From positions 1-32,592 of the forward strand of contig LWCA01000317.1 in NCBI GenBank assembly GCA_001642005.1: a DNA stretch of 32,592 bases, given 5' to 3'. This document shows, piece after piece, positions 11,980-23,670 of the stretch. Within the stretch, counting starts at the first letter, position 1. Every line of letters begins with the position of its first letter. The notes beneath the pieces are model-generated. The model was not told the DNA's origin. It searched no databases and worked only from the letters and a program-made list of their open reading frames with translations. The position numbers were made by a program, and so were the translations under genes. The stretch is from Intoshia linei (Eukaryota > Animalia > Orthonectida).

Positions 11980-12026
11980 TGAGAATCTGAGGTGTATATA
12001 TTGAAACTACTAGAAACAATAAAAAC

Positions 12027-15000
12027 ATGAAAAAGGACGGTTACGGAAACATTTCTTATTGGGGATTTACTCCGTCGATTGATTTAAAAGATTTGATACA
12101 ATGTGAAAAATTAAATCAACAAACTCCAGGTATAAAATAATTACCTTAAAAATAAAATAAAATATATTTTAACATGTAAAATCTATTTAGTCGTTAGTGT
12201 TTTGCTAGTCTCTCCTAATGATTTAAGACATATTTTAAAAACTATTGCTAGAAATCAAAGAAATAATAATAAAATTAAATATCATGTAATTTACTTCATT
12301 TTTTAACATTTAATAATAATAATTATTTAAATTTGCTGTCACCTAAATTTGGTGCCAATGTTATTTATCTCGTTTTCATTTTATTTGATTTTAGGCATGG
12401 TTCCATTAGTTCAATTTTAAATTCAAGTTGATAGATACAATCTCAATATATTAAATACTCACATCAATAGGCCATCTCTAACATGGGAAGAGCCGAATCT
12501 ACCATATTCAAGAAACTTGGCTCTTTCTTTTTCCAATTTGAATATAAAAATATTACATTTTTGAATATTATAACCACACTTGGTTGACTGTTACGATCGA
12601 AATGTACTACGTACAAACATCACCTAACTTTATCGAAAACACATTTTTATTCTACCAAAAAAATAAATTCACGTTGAAAATTTAACTATTCACTATTATC
12701 AATCCTTTAAAGGAGTGGTTCCCAAACTTGTTTCAGGTGGAACCATCATATCACATAACTTTTTACTTTGAAGTATCGGTTCTTAACATGGGTTTTATTT
12801 CTTATGTATTTTGATTATAACCGTTATAATACTTTAAAAAGTAGTCTTAGGCTATTGTTACTAGTTAAAATTTTAATAATGAGAAAACGGTATCAGCATT
12901 TAATTAAAAATATTGTCGTTGACGTGAAAACAGAATATTTTGGGATGGCAGATACATATTCAAAAATAAATTTTTTTTTTTAGTTTTATATAATAGAAAA
13001 TAGTGCTTATTCATTATACGCCTATGCAAGACACTTGTTATTAATATATATAATACAAACCAAAACAGAGGAAATTGGATTACAAGGTTAAATTAAATTA
13101 TATACAGTAGTAATAACAATAATTACAATAGTTATATACATACGATTACAATATTAATAAACAATAGTTACAATAATAAATGTTATCATTAATTCTGACC
13201 TTTTTAAAACATCAACCCCTCTAAATCCATTTTATTATAAAATTTATACCAATATTAAACATTACATTCGATATTGCCAAGGTGAATTGCTAACTCAATT
13301 AATTCTTAATGAAATCTCGTTATGTATAATTTATAAAAGAGGGGAAAATGATGTTAAAAATGTGTGTTTCCAAAAATACTTTTTTTAAGTCAGAAAGTGT
13401 GTATTATTAACATGCGTCACTATTTTATTACTTTTAGTTTCGTTGTTGTAGTTTTTTAGTAGTAGTTTGTAGTGTTGAGAATTTAAAAATTGCGTAGCAA
13501 CCAAAAAAATTCCGAAGCAATGAATTATATAGATTTTCACCCATATTTCTTTATTGGAAATGTGTAACCATTCAATGTACATTTTTTTTGGATTTGTAGA
13601 ATCAATATTTACATTTTCAATTTTTATTTTAATCGAAATATATGAAAAATATTGGTTGATTATTTATTAAAAATTATTTTTCATCGGGAATGCGTAAATT
13701 TCTGGGGTTGAAATTTTGTATTTATATCAAATGGAATAATCTCTATCAGAATAATCTTTTTTTTAATTTTTGCACCATTTTTTATTTCATATTTTTTGTT
13801 TAAATAAAATATTTCAAAAAAAAAATATATGAATACTAAAATACTTTTTTGACCGTGAAGTCGTCACTTATTCGGATTGAAATTTTCTCTGTGTGTTAAC
13901 AGGATACAACTGTACAACCTGTAAATTTTTTTAATTTCTAGGGCTATTTTCATAAAAAAAAGTGTAATTTTGGGATTTGGCTCTAAAGATATAATTTTTT
14001 TAAATTTATGATTATGTTTATGATTTTAAAATCCGTATCAGCGTATATTTTTTTTAAATTCTTCAACTCATTTGATTTTCAAAAAAAAGACAATTGGGGT
14101 TTTTGACCCGTAAGATGTATGTTTGGGAGGTTTAAATGTATGTTATTATTACCCTAGAGAAAACTGTAATTGAAATGTGGAGTTTATAAAATTCTAAGAT
14201 ATAATATATGTACATTTTACATAAATACATTGTATATATTACACTGTGTAATTTACACATACAGCGTATTCAAAAAGTTTAGTTTATCTAAAAAATGGTT
14301 TAGAAAAAGTTGATTTGTTTTTGGATTTATATGCAAATTTATTTATACGAGAAAAGTCAGACGATTTCCTTAAAAAGGCCAGCAGTGCATTGCAAGAGTA
14401 AGTTTATTATATTGGACATTTAACATATTATAGTATGTAAACTTACACTATAAACTGTATAAAAATCAATAATAGTAGAGTAATAATGAATTACTACAAT
14501 AATAAATAGCATGATAAATATTAGTGCCCCTTGAAGTAAAAAATGTTAGGTAACACTGGATTATACAATATAACGGTGCTTTTCAATCGGTGCACCCAGA
14601 AAAGTATGTGTGCGAAGCGAGAAATTGAAGAGGAGCAGTATACTATTTCACTTAGTGTCAGTAACATCAGATTTTTTTTGTACCGAAACAAAAACTTTTT
14701 CTCTTAAATCTGTAACTTTTCTTATAAAATCTGATACAATCATAAAGATTTTAATGAGCACCCAATGGATATAACATGTTTACTATTTTGTTATTTTCTT
14801 GTGCGCCAAATTTTTTTAATTACCTACGTGTGCGCACCCATAAAACAAGGTAGAGAAGCACTGATGTAGATTATAAAAAATTATATTAAACATTGTTTAT
14901 TATCTATAGATTTATAACAAGTAATATTTGTGAAAAAGGCTTAAAGAATCAATTAAGCAATGTTAACATTTCAGAATTAAAGGTTAGATTATTTCTATTA

Positions 15001-18000
15001 TGTTATGAATTATGTTTTAAAATAACTTTATATATTGTCTCTTAATTTATGATTGTTAATCATTGATTAAGTGTGATAAAACTTTTAAAAATTTTTCACA
15101 AATTAATGGTATTGACATATACCACTTGCCTCGTTAACTCTTAACTTGACATTTTAAATGATAATCATAAATCATAAAATAGTTATGATATTCAAGAATC
15201 ATTTTTTAGTGGTCAATTGGAAAAGTGATGATCACATATTACAAAAATTTCGTTGAGGCCACCACTCCTATGTGAGGTATCTGGTTTGGTAAGTTCGTCA
15301 CTATGAACATAAAATTAGGATCTACTCAATCGTGGTACCGATTATGTTGTAAAGCTCTAATAGATAATAAGGGAGTTTTAGATTTTTTACCCGTAAGATG
15401 TGAGTTTGGGAGGTTGCAATATATCTCATTATACGTCCCGGAAAGAACTGTAATTGAAATTTAGACTTTATAAAATTCCAATTATAGTAGTTATTTCAAT
15501 AAAGTGTAACACACACACAAACAAAAATCGCGTAGCTTATTGTATAAGTTAAGATTATTTATTTAGATTTAAATGTTAACCGACTATAATTCAAACTCAT
15601 TTTTAGTATAAAGAAAAAGATGGTATGGACAGAATTTTTAAAGGGTGGCGGGAAGTCATTAAAAAGAAACAAAATGAAAATTTTGATTATAGTCTTTATT
15701 GGAATTTGCGACAAAGAGATTATTACGGTTGTCGATATGATAATAGAGAAGGCGCGTATGATTGGGATTATTTTATGAAATTAAAGGAATTTGAAGTAAT
15801 TTATTAATTTTATAATTTAAAATATATCTAAAAATGAACAAACTAGAAAGGAAGAATTGGTACATTAAATTATAGGAATTGGAGAGAAACGGGAAATGCA
15901 TTTTTAAATGATATTCAAAAACCAAAAATCAATAAAACACAATTATCCATTAGAATGTTTGATTTTGTAATCTTCCTACTAGAGTTAAAGAGTTAAAATC
16001 ACAGTCCGAAGTAGAATTTTAAATCGTATTCGGAACGTTGTATATTAAACGTTAGAAATATTGGAACGTGTTGACGGCTATTTGGCTATTTTTGTTGAAA
16101 ACATTTTTTTTGTGACATAAAAGTAAACTATACATGTAATGAACATGAACATGATATTGTCCGATTTAATCTCTAAATTTCGCACCACCTCTGGATAGTC
16201 TTGTGCTGTCCATGTTAAAAAGCTATGAATAGTGTAGAAATATTTTTCGGCGGCTGAATAATTTGATAAAAATGTAGATTAATAATGTTTTGTATATTAG
16301 AACAACGAAAAAGTTTACAGGCAAGGCTACTGGGGAGATATTGTAACGGGACCTTTCATCACGTTTGGTATTGAAACTGAAAACTCTAAATTAATCAAAA
16401 TGTCAGAAAATCAGCATAGTAAAGTAATCTTACATCTAATCTAAAGCGAAGATTCGATATTATTAGTTAACTTTATCTAAAGTTTAGGGCCTAAATTGTG
16501 GTTTAACTCGACGAAATATGTGTATAAAAGTGGACAACTTTTCAGTCCATCTATTTAAATTTTTTTTAAAGTTTGGATAGTCAACCCCGAATATTCAGCT
16601 TTAAATGATTTTAATAATATAGTAACATTTTAGTAAATAATTTCAATTTTATAGAACGGATCTCCTATAACGGAACACAACATTTTATCTTTATTTTATG
16701 AACTGTATTCTGGAAATGTACTGAATACCGAGGTCGATAAATTTGAAGGTTATATTATTGATATTAAATTACCACCCACATCAATATAAAATTGTCAATG
16801 AACCAATGGCGTATTGAAAAATTTCAAGACAGTGTAAATAATATTATTAATAAATTATAATAGACACTCAAAATTATAAAAGTGATTATGAAATTACTTT
16901 TTTGTCAACAAATAATATTGAAAAAATGAATAAAACCAAAAAATACTCAAATTTTTTTGACATCATCTATCTATCAGCAAGGTAAATGTGATTTTATTTG
17001 TAATTTTTTTTTATAGTGAATTTCCATCAATTACTAAAATTGAATCTATATCAAAAATCCATTCTCGTGTTATAATTGAAAAATTAAAGTAATTTTAATA
17101 AAATAAATATAAAAATATTTGTTACCATTTATTTAAAAAACTAAGTATCTAATAATTATTAAAAACACAAAATAAATATTATGTAATGATAAATTAAAAA
17201 TCTAAATCTAAATTTCCATCATTGATACTAAATTGGATCCAATAAATCCATGGAGTATTGATAGAATTTTTGATTTAAATTTTTATTTAATTTAAAGATT
17301 TGTAATAGTTACTATTGATTTTTAAATTTAAATTAAACTTACATTTACTTTATTTGAATTTTTCAATATTTTATCTCAATTTAACTATTTGTTTTAATGT
17401 TTAAATCACTCTCCCTTTGCAAATAAGAAATTTATAATAATACAGACGAGGAGTAAATTATAAAGGCAATTTTATTTTTGTAAGTCGGTTTTTTTAACAA
17501 TTTATTGTGTTATGATTATTTCAAAAAATATATATTAAAATGTCCACTATCACAAGTCATCTACTGTTTAAAAATATTTAACTCTCCATCTGTTTATTAC
17601 TTCGCCTCTTCTCTTTTCATATACTTCTTCTTTATTTGCTCTCATCTGACGTCTACTACAGGTTAGAAATGATTATCAAAAAGTCAAATTTCAAAATAAA
17701 AGACAAAGTATTTTATCCGTATTTCTAGAGTCTATATTGTTTTCAGCAAACCTCAATAAAATGTTTGTCAAATGAGAACCTCATTTGTTTGAATTTTAGG
17801 ACTCTTAATTTCTTAATTAAACGGTAAGACACTCACAATACATATACAATAATTTTTATATTAATAATGTAAAAATGAAATTGCTCGAATCCACACTATA
17901 AAATATGTATGTCTAATAATGAACCCATTTTTGGGAGGTTAACGAAATTTTGTAAAATGGGAGCATCACTTTACAAATTCAACATTAAAAAATTATATTC

Positions 18001-18643
18001 TTGAATATCAACTATTTTGTGTGTTAAATTTAAAAGGTCAAGTTAAGTGCCTCAGAGAGGTGGTAGGCATATAAGACACGCATCATTTTCAAATAAATTT
18101 TTCATGATCCGACGATCTCGAGCTTGTTCGGTTCTGCCTAGATTTACAATTTTTTCTACGACTCCACTAATTTTTTACGATATAATTACCATTTATTACT
18201 TGATTTAAAAAATATCTTAATATAGAGCCCATAATATTTTATATTATGTTTAAATTTATGTAAAAATAAAAATCTTATTTTAGATTTGTACTAGATGTTA
18301 ATAAAGATCAATTAAAGAATGTAGAAGAAACTATAGAAAAAACCTTGGAAAATTCATTATTCAAGGTTCGTCATTCATTCATCTTAGTAGTTTTTTTAAA
18401 TGATGCATCTACCTCTCCTTTGATCTAACTCGATAGTTTATATTCTACACCCAAAATAGTTGACATTGAAAAATATAATTTTTTTAAATGTTAAACGGGA
18501 AAAATGAGACCTATTTTTCAAAGTTTCATCGCAATAGTCAATTTATAATATTTTTAACTTTTAAATTATTTATTTAGACATGTAATGAAAATATACCGCA
18601 AAACATATTGGACAATAATTACATTTATGAAAAATACAAATAA
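12027..18643 (+). CDS. DNAAF3: Dynein axonemal assembly factor 3 (PF22 ortholog), 13 exons, 443 aa
   Basis: join(12027..12129,12191..12285,12984..13086,14304..14397,14910..14982,15607..15795,15847..15966,16301..16423,16655..16748,16864..16981,17017..17088,18284..18365,18578..18643); GT-AG, phases consistent, 1332 nt. Recognised motifs: DGYGNISYWGFTPSIDL, DLRHILKT, YARHLL, FLDLYANLFIR, YWNLRQRDYYGCRYDNREGAYDWD, YRNWRETGNAF, GYWGDIVTGPFITFGIE. The last exon is less certain. Confidence 0.93.
12585..12775 (+). repeat. Repeat family B copy in DNAAF3 intron 2
   Basis: Colinear with 8303-8480 and 31730-31920. Confidence 0.85.
13422..14200 (+). repeat. Repeat family A copy in DNAAF3 intron 3
   Basis: Colinear high similarity to 9050-9760 and to 1-470. 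Confidence 0.85.
14574..14863. mobile_element. hAT (Buster/Charlie-type) MITE, diverged
   Basis: Ends CGGTGCTTTTCAATC and GGTAGAGAAGCACTG, with subterminal GTGCGC/GTGCAC motifs. Both 8-bp flanks have a central TA but otherwise differ. Confidence 0.6.
15370..15550 (+). repeat. Repeat family A 3' fragment
   Basis: acccgtaagatgtgagtttgggaggttg...actttataaaattc...acacacacaaacaaaaatcgcgtagc matches 365-525. Confidence 0.8.
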
Positions 18644-18971
18644 TTATCAACATACAGAATACATACAATTGTAAAAATAAATTTGCACACATTAAGGGTT
18701 CATTTTAACTCGAGTAGATCACAATTGTTCCACATTATAATAATTTGTGTAAGCTAGTGGAAACCACTCGTTTACAAAATGTAATTAATTTCGAAATTGG
18801 AGGTTTATAAATTATAAATCCATTCCATTAATAATCAATGATTATTAATCATTAAATCTTAATGATGGTAACAACCATGATTGTAATTAATTTTTTGTAA
18901 ACTTTCCATTGAAAGTAGTAACGTTAGAACAACATTAGAGCAACTATCGTCAATTACACATTAGTCTAGAA

Positions 18972-19314
18972 CAGTGTTTCCCAACCTTTTATACTACATT
19001 ACCCTTATTATAGTACTTATTTTGATAATACCCACTATATTGTTTAACTGCATTTTGGATGGTCAGATTTTTAGAATAAGCCATATAAATTTTTTAGTAG
19101 TAAACTTTAATTAAAACTTTTTAAAAAATTAATTTTACAAAATGGTAAAATAAAGGGAAATTGTGTTTTTGACCCTGAAGGACTCAATGGGAAAAATTAT
19201 ATTTCATACTTTACTGTGCATGCGACGTAAAAAAATAAAAAAATTTCGCGATTACCCATGAAAAGTATCAAATTACCCACTTATGGGTAAATACCCACAG
19301 GTTGGGAATCACTG
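18972..19314. mobile_element. hAT (Buster/Charlie-type) MITE, 343 bp
   Basis: TIRs CAGTGTTTCCCAACCT and AGGTTGGGAATCACTG, perfect 8-bp TSD GTCTAGAA (18964-18971, 19315-19322) with central TA, and repeated subterminal TACCC motifs. Confidence 0.92.
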
Positions 19315-19454
19315 GTCTAGAATGAATATATTATGTTAATTCATTTTCTACATAAAATAGAATGTTTGGTATACAAATTTCTAGTAGAAAGCTATTGAAG
19401 TTAATGCTAGTACTTAATATCATTATCTCGTTGCTAAATGTATTTATAACTTCA

Positions 19455-19610
19455 TTTTTATGAGTTATACCCACGAATCGTGTGTGTGTTCCCTTTTATT
19501 TCAATAACTACAGTCTTAGAATTTTATAAAGTCCACATTTCAATTAGTTTTTTCCGGGTGATAATAAGATAAAATTTCAACCTCCCAAACTCACATTTTA
19601 CGGGTTAAAT
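19455..19610 (-). repeat. Repeat family A 3' fragment, inverted
   Basis: tcttagaattttataaagtccacatttcaatta...tttcaacctcccaaactcacattttacgggt is the reverse complement of the family A 3' unit. Confidence 0.8.
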
Positions 19611-20060
19611 TTTTTAAATTCAAAGTTAACTATATATTTCATTTTGGCTTTTATCATTTTATTTAACTTTCCGGAAAGATATATATACAAAAAGATACAT
19701 GTCCAGGAAAAGCCTATAAGTCAATAGTTACTAAAATAAGTGGGTTTTGATAAGGTTTCCTTAATATCTAAACAATTCAAATATCCGAAATTATTTAATA
19801 AAAATAACAAGTATTCGGATCATTTCAACTGTTGAAATGCAAATATATAAAATAGACGGACACAGAAAATTTTAAAATTTACTGAGTTTTTTAGTGATAA
19901 TAATCGAATATAAGTCGGACAAATCATAGTAAATGTATTTAATTCAATCCATATATTAAATTCTGAAGATGTCATTATAAAAATATGATTATGAAACAAT
20001 TGCGAACGAGTGAATGATAATTAAAACATTAAAACCAAAACTAAACTTTTTATTTCAAAA

Positions 20061-20230
20061 TTGATAGATTGTAAAAAATGCATTTTAGGACTGTAGAGGC
20101 ATCGCATCTTTTGATAAGATTCGAGCGTAATGCATTATATGCAGATAATTCTATTTCAGTAAGAGACTCTTCAAATTCCACTGACTTGAATAATTTTCTA
20201 ATGTCGGGCCAGTGAGAATGCCATTAATTA
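20061..20230 (-). mobile_element. Chapaev3-like (CMC) transposase remnant
   Basis: Frameshifted and deleted translation INGILTGP/DIRKLFKSVEFEESLTEIELSAYNALRS / YQKMRCLYSPKMHFLQS resembles GIF.GPQIRKL...F...L...E..AW and GC.MSLK.HFLHSH. Family recognised from memory. Confidence 0.6.
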
Positions 20231-20946
20231 ATTAATTTTATTTGATATTTATTTGTGGATTTAATGATGTATTTTCCCCATATATTACAAAATTTATTAA
20301 TATTTATTAGATCACATGTATGCATTTTAAAATAAATAAGATTTTATTCAAAAAATATTCAATTGAAACTATGGTTTTATTGTTAATTTTTAATTGCCTA
20401 ATTAAGCAACTTTAACGATCTCAATTGAGATAATGAGATACATCATTCTGCTCCAAATTTAATATATATCTTTTCTAATATTCATATTTCATAAGTAAAA
20501 TTGTGTGTTGTCTAGTGTAATTGAGCTATAGAATTGCATGGTTTATAAAAATATATAAGCGTGGAATAAATTAAATTTATAAGAAGTGAGTTGATATTGA
20601 AAGTTGTAAAGTGCGTTAAAATGTACATTACTAATGGAAATGCTCGAATATCGAACTTTGTGGCAACTCTGATTGTAGATTGTATTGTACGAATTGTCTA
20701 GTAATTTACGAATTCATATTGTTTCATATTGTTTCACATTGAATTACGAATCGTAATGACATAATTGTACACTGTTTCATTAGATACCAGTCAATAAATA
20801 GATAAATTTAAATTACTTGAAAATTATTAATTATATTCACCTCAGTTACATTATAAATTTGCGCCGCTGTTTATATTGAAACACCAAAAATATATGTTCT
20901 ACTATTTTAAAACGCAAAAATAATTATAAGATAGATAATTGAATAA

Positions 20947-23485
20947 ATGAATAAAAAACAAAAGAAAAATGAAGTAACTGAAGAATTCGTTGTCAGGTAT
21001 GAAATTACAATATTCTAAAAGTGTGAATGGTTGATTTTCATCAATGTTTGTGAATATCTAAAAAATTAAACTTAAACCAATCTTATGTTTCAGCTAAATG
21101 TCTGTTATTAAAATGTCGAAATGTACAGTTGAACCCAATATTCTCCGGTTCCTTTATTTGCCAACAAACTTATATTTTTCATATAATAAATTATCCACTA
21201 AGATTGACTCACATTCATGTATTACTACCTTTACTTTTATGTATCGAATTTTTAATTTATTTAGACCTTGACAGTATAATCTTAAAATTAAAGTAAAACC
21301 CTACACTTACAGTGATATGAATAATATTTTTTTATATTTTACAACTTAGTTATTCAATATTTTTTGAAAATATAGGATTCTTGATTTTTTAAAAAAAGGA
21401 TAATATTAGTTTTTGACACCTGAAGGGCTCAATTACTGAAAATGAAATTTAAATTTAATTCACATGTCAATAAAACATGACTAGAAAAACTGTATTAGAA
21501 ATTGAACTTTTTTATTCTAGGAATTGATTTTTATATGTAAGTCAAGAATAATTATTTTATTTTAGAGATTTTATTGACAACGATAAAATTAGTCAAGCTC
21601 TGTTCTGTGCTATATGCCGTGATGTTTTTATGGATCCTATACGAATTCCTTGTGGTCATACATATTGCCAGAAGGTATTTAAAAATTTTTAGTTGTCTTA
21701 AACATTCATATATTTAGTGTTTAAGTCTCTGGATGAAAAGCAAGTCTAATTGTCCAGAGTGTAGAGCAAATATTATCAAAAAATTTATACATAAAGACTT
21801 TATCATTCAGAGTATAATTGAAGAAAAACATAAAGTATGCATTATAATTTTTAAAAATTTAATTTCATTGCCATTTTACACTCTATTTCAAAAATAACGC
21901 AACTCCTATTTGTTTATTTTCAAAGGCTCACAAAATATTAAATTGAGATTATACAAACTTGTAACTGAACAGTAGGGGTGTGAATTTTAGTACTTTTTTT
22001 GGAAATGTTATGGTCCCATAACGGATAAAGTCGCGTATGACATTTTTATGGCTACACTGAAAAAATAAATTATTTTGGACAATTTTTTGAAGACGCTTGC
22101 CATTTTAAAAATTCCATACAAAAATGTTCTGCAAAAACTAAAATATAACTTTATTTAATGGAATGTTATGATGAAACACTGTAGCTATGTTTTGAGTCAT
22201 ATAGTATTGATCCCTATATTTGATTGTACATCTTGTTTCTTTAAATTCAATTTTATCTCATTTATTTTTGTTTTTAAAGATAGTTTTAATATTTATATTT
22301 TATTTATTATGAAAACTTTATTATACTATTTATTTGTATTATAGGAGTATGTTTAATAAAATTATGAAACTCACCAATTTCATAAATAAATTAATCATAA
22401 TTTAAAATCACAGCACCATTTCTGCCTTGATTTATGTTTTAAAACAGTATTTCTTAGCCTGTATCAATTTTAAGGGTCACGATAAAATATTTGTATAGTA
22501 CAAATAAAGTAGGAGCCACAGAAAAATCCCAGGGTCGCGAAAAAATGTAAAAATTTTTTGTTTACAGGGTTTGCAATCCATTCTGTTTAATTAAACTCAC
22601 ATTTTCATCTTTTGTTAAATAAATGATAAAATATCTTACAAAATTATTTAATGACAATAAATAATTAACTGATATAAATATAAAATAAATAATTGTGTCA
22701 ATTACTTTGGCCAATGCACATGGCCAACATTTATCAATTTCTTTGTCTATTAATTTATTCATAGATGGAAACTAGAAATATTTTCTCAAACAACGTTTAG
22801 TTTTGGTTTTACCATATGATAAGAATGAGCCAAGCTTATGCATTTCTCATATAATATTTCAGGTAATACAATTAAATTTTCACCCCTCATCAATCTATTA
22901 TTTTGTGTCCATAATTCATTGCGGATATGATAGAATTTCATTTCTTTTAATGACAACTGTTCTTTTGATGGCCACCGTGTTAAAATGTATTTTATAATTT
23001 TTTTTAACAACTCATCAGTTTCCCTTGCTTCATTAATTTCATTCATACTTAAAATTAAATAAATGTAAAAATTATTACAGAGCTTTTAATAAAGTTGCGT
23101 TATTTTTGAAACGGAGTGTAATTCTCTAATAGGTTTTTTGTACTAACCGAAAAAACGGTTGCACTAAAATACTTACAGTAACTGAATTTAATACACATAT
23201 CAAAGAATGCAAATTCAACCTGGACAGATTACCAGAATACTTAAGAAACTGTATTAAATCAGACGATTTATGTTCCAATGTTATAAGTAATTTTTTACAT
23301 CTAGATTACCACAATTTACTATCTTTAATTTAGATGATCCGGCTGATGTAACAGTATACCCACCTTTAAGAATGCGATTATATTTAAATAATCATAATGC
23401 CAATTTCCAAGAACAAAACCTTAAAAATAAATTGATCGTCAACGACACTGAAATAATTTTTAGTGACGAAGAATATATTTTTTAA
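20947..23485 (+). CDS. C3HC4 RING plus TRAF/SIAH-type zinc-finger protein (RNF151/TRAF N-terminus-like putative E3 ubiquitin ligase), 5 exons, 193 aa
   Basis: join(20947..20996,21566..21674,21718..21834,23133..23286,23334..23485); GT-AG, phases consistent, 582 nt. RING: CAICRDVFMDPIRIPCGHTYCQKCLSLWMKSKSNCPEC. Second finger: VFCTNRKNGC...HIKECKF. First and last exons are inferred from splice signals and phase only. Confidence 0.85.
22706..23047 (-). mobile_element. Ty3/gypsy pol remnant: pre-integrase linker and HHCC zinc-binding domain, in intron 3 of the RING gene
   Basis: EINEARETDELLKKIIKYILTRWP...FYHIRNELW...LMRGENLIVLPEIL...ISLAHSYHM, then -1 frameshift KTKTKRCLRKYF*FPSMNKLIDKEIDKCWPC: the typical H-x2-H-x-G...WWP.M...C-x2-C pattern. 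Confidence 0.85.
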
Positions 23486-23670
23486 TTTGAGTTTTTATTT
23501 ATGTATATTTTATTAAAGTAATGTTTATTTCTTTTACATCAGGGTGCAGACTCAATTGGGTTAGCGGGCCAAATGACGAAAACACAAAAATTTAATTTCT
23601 GAACATTTTCATGGGTCAATAGGATAGTTAAAAATAAATAAAAAATTTTATTTACAAACATTAAATATTT

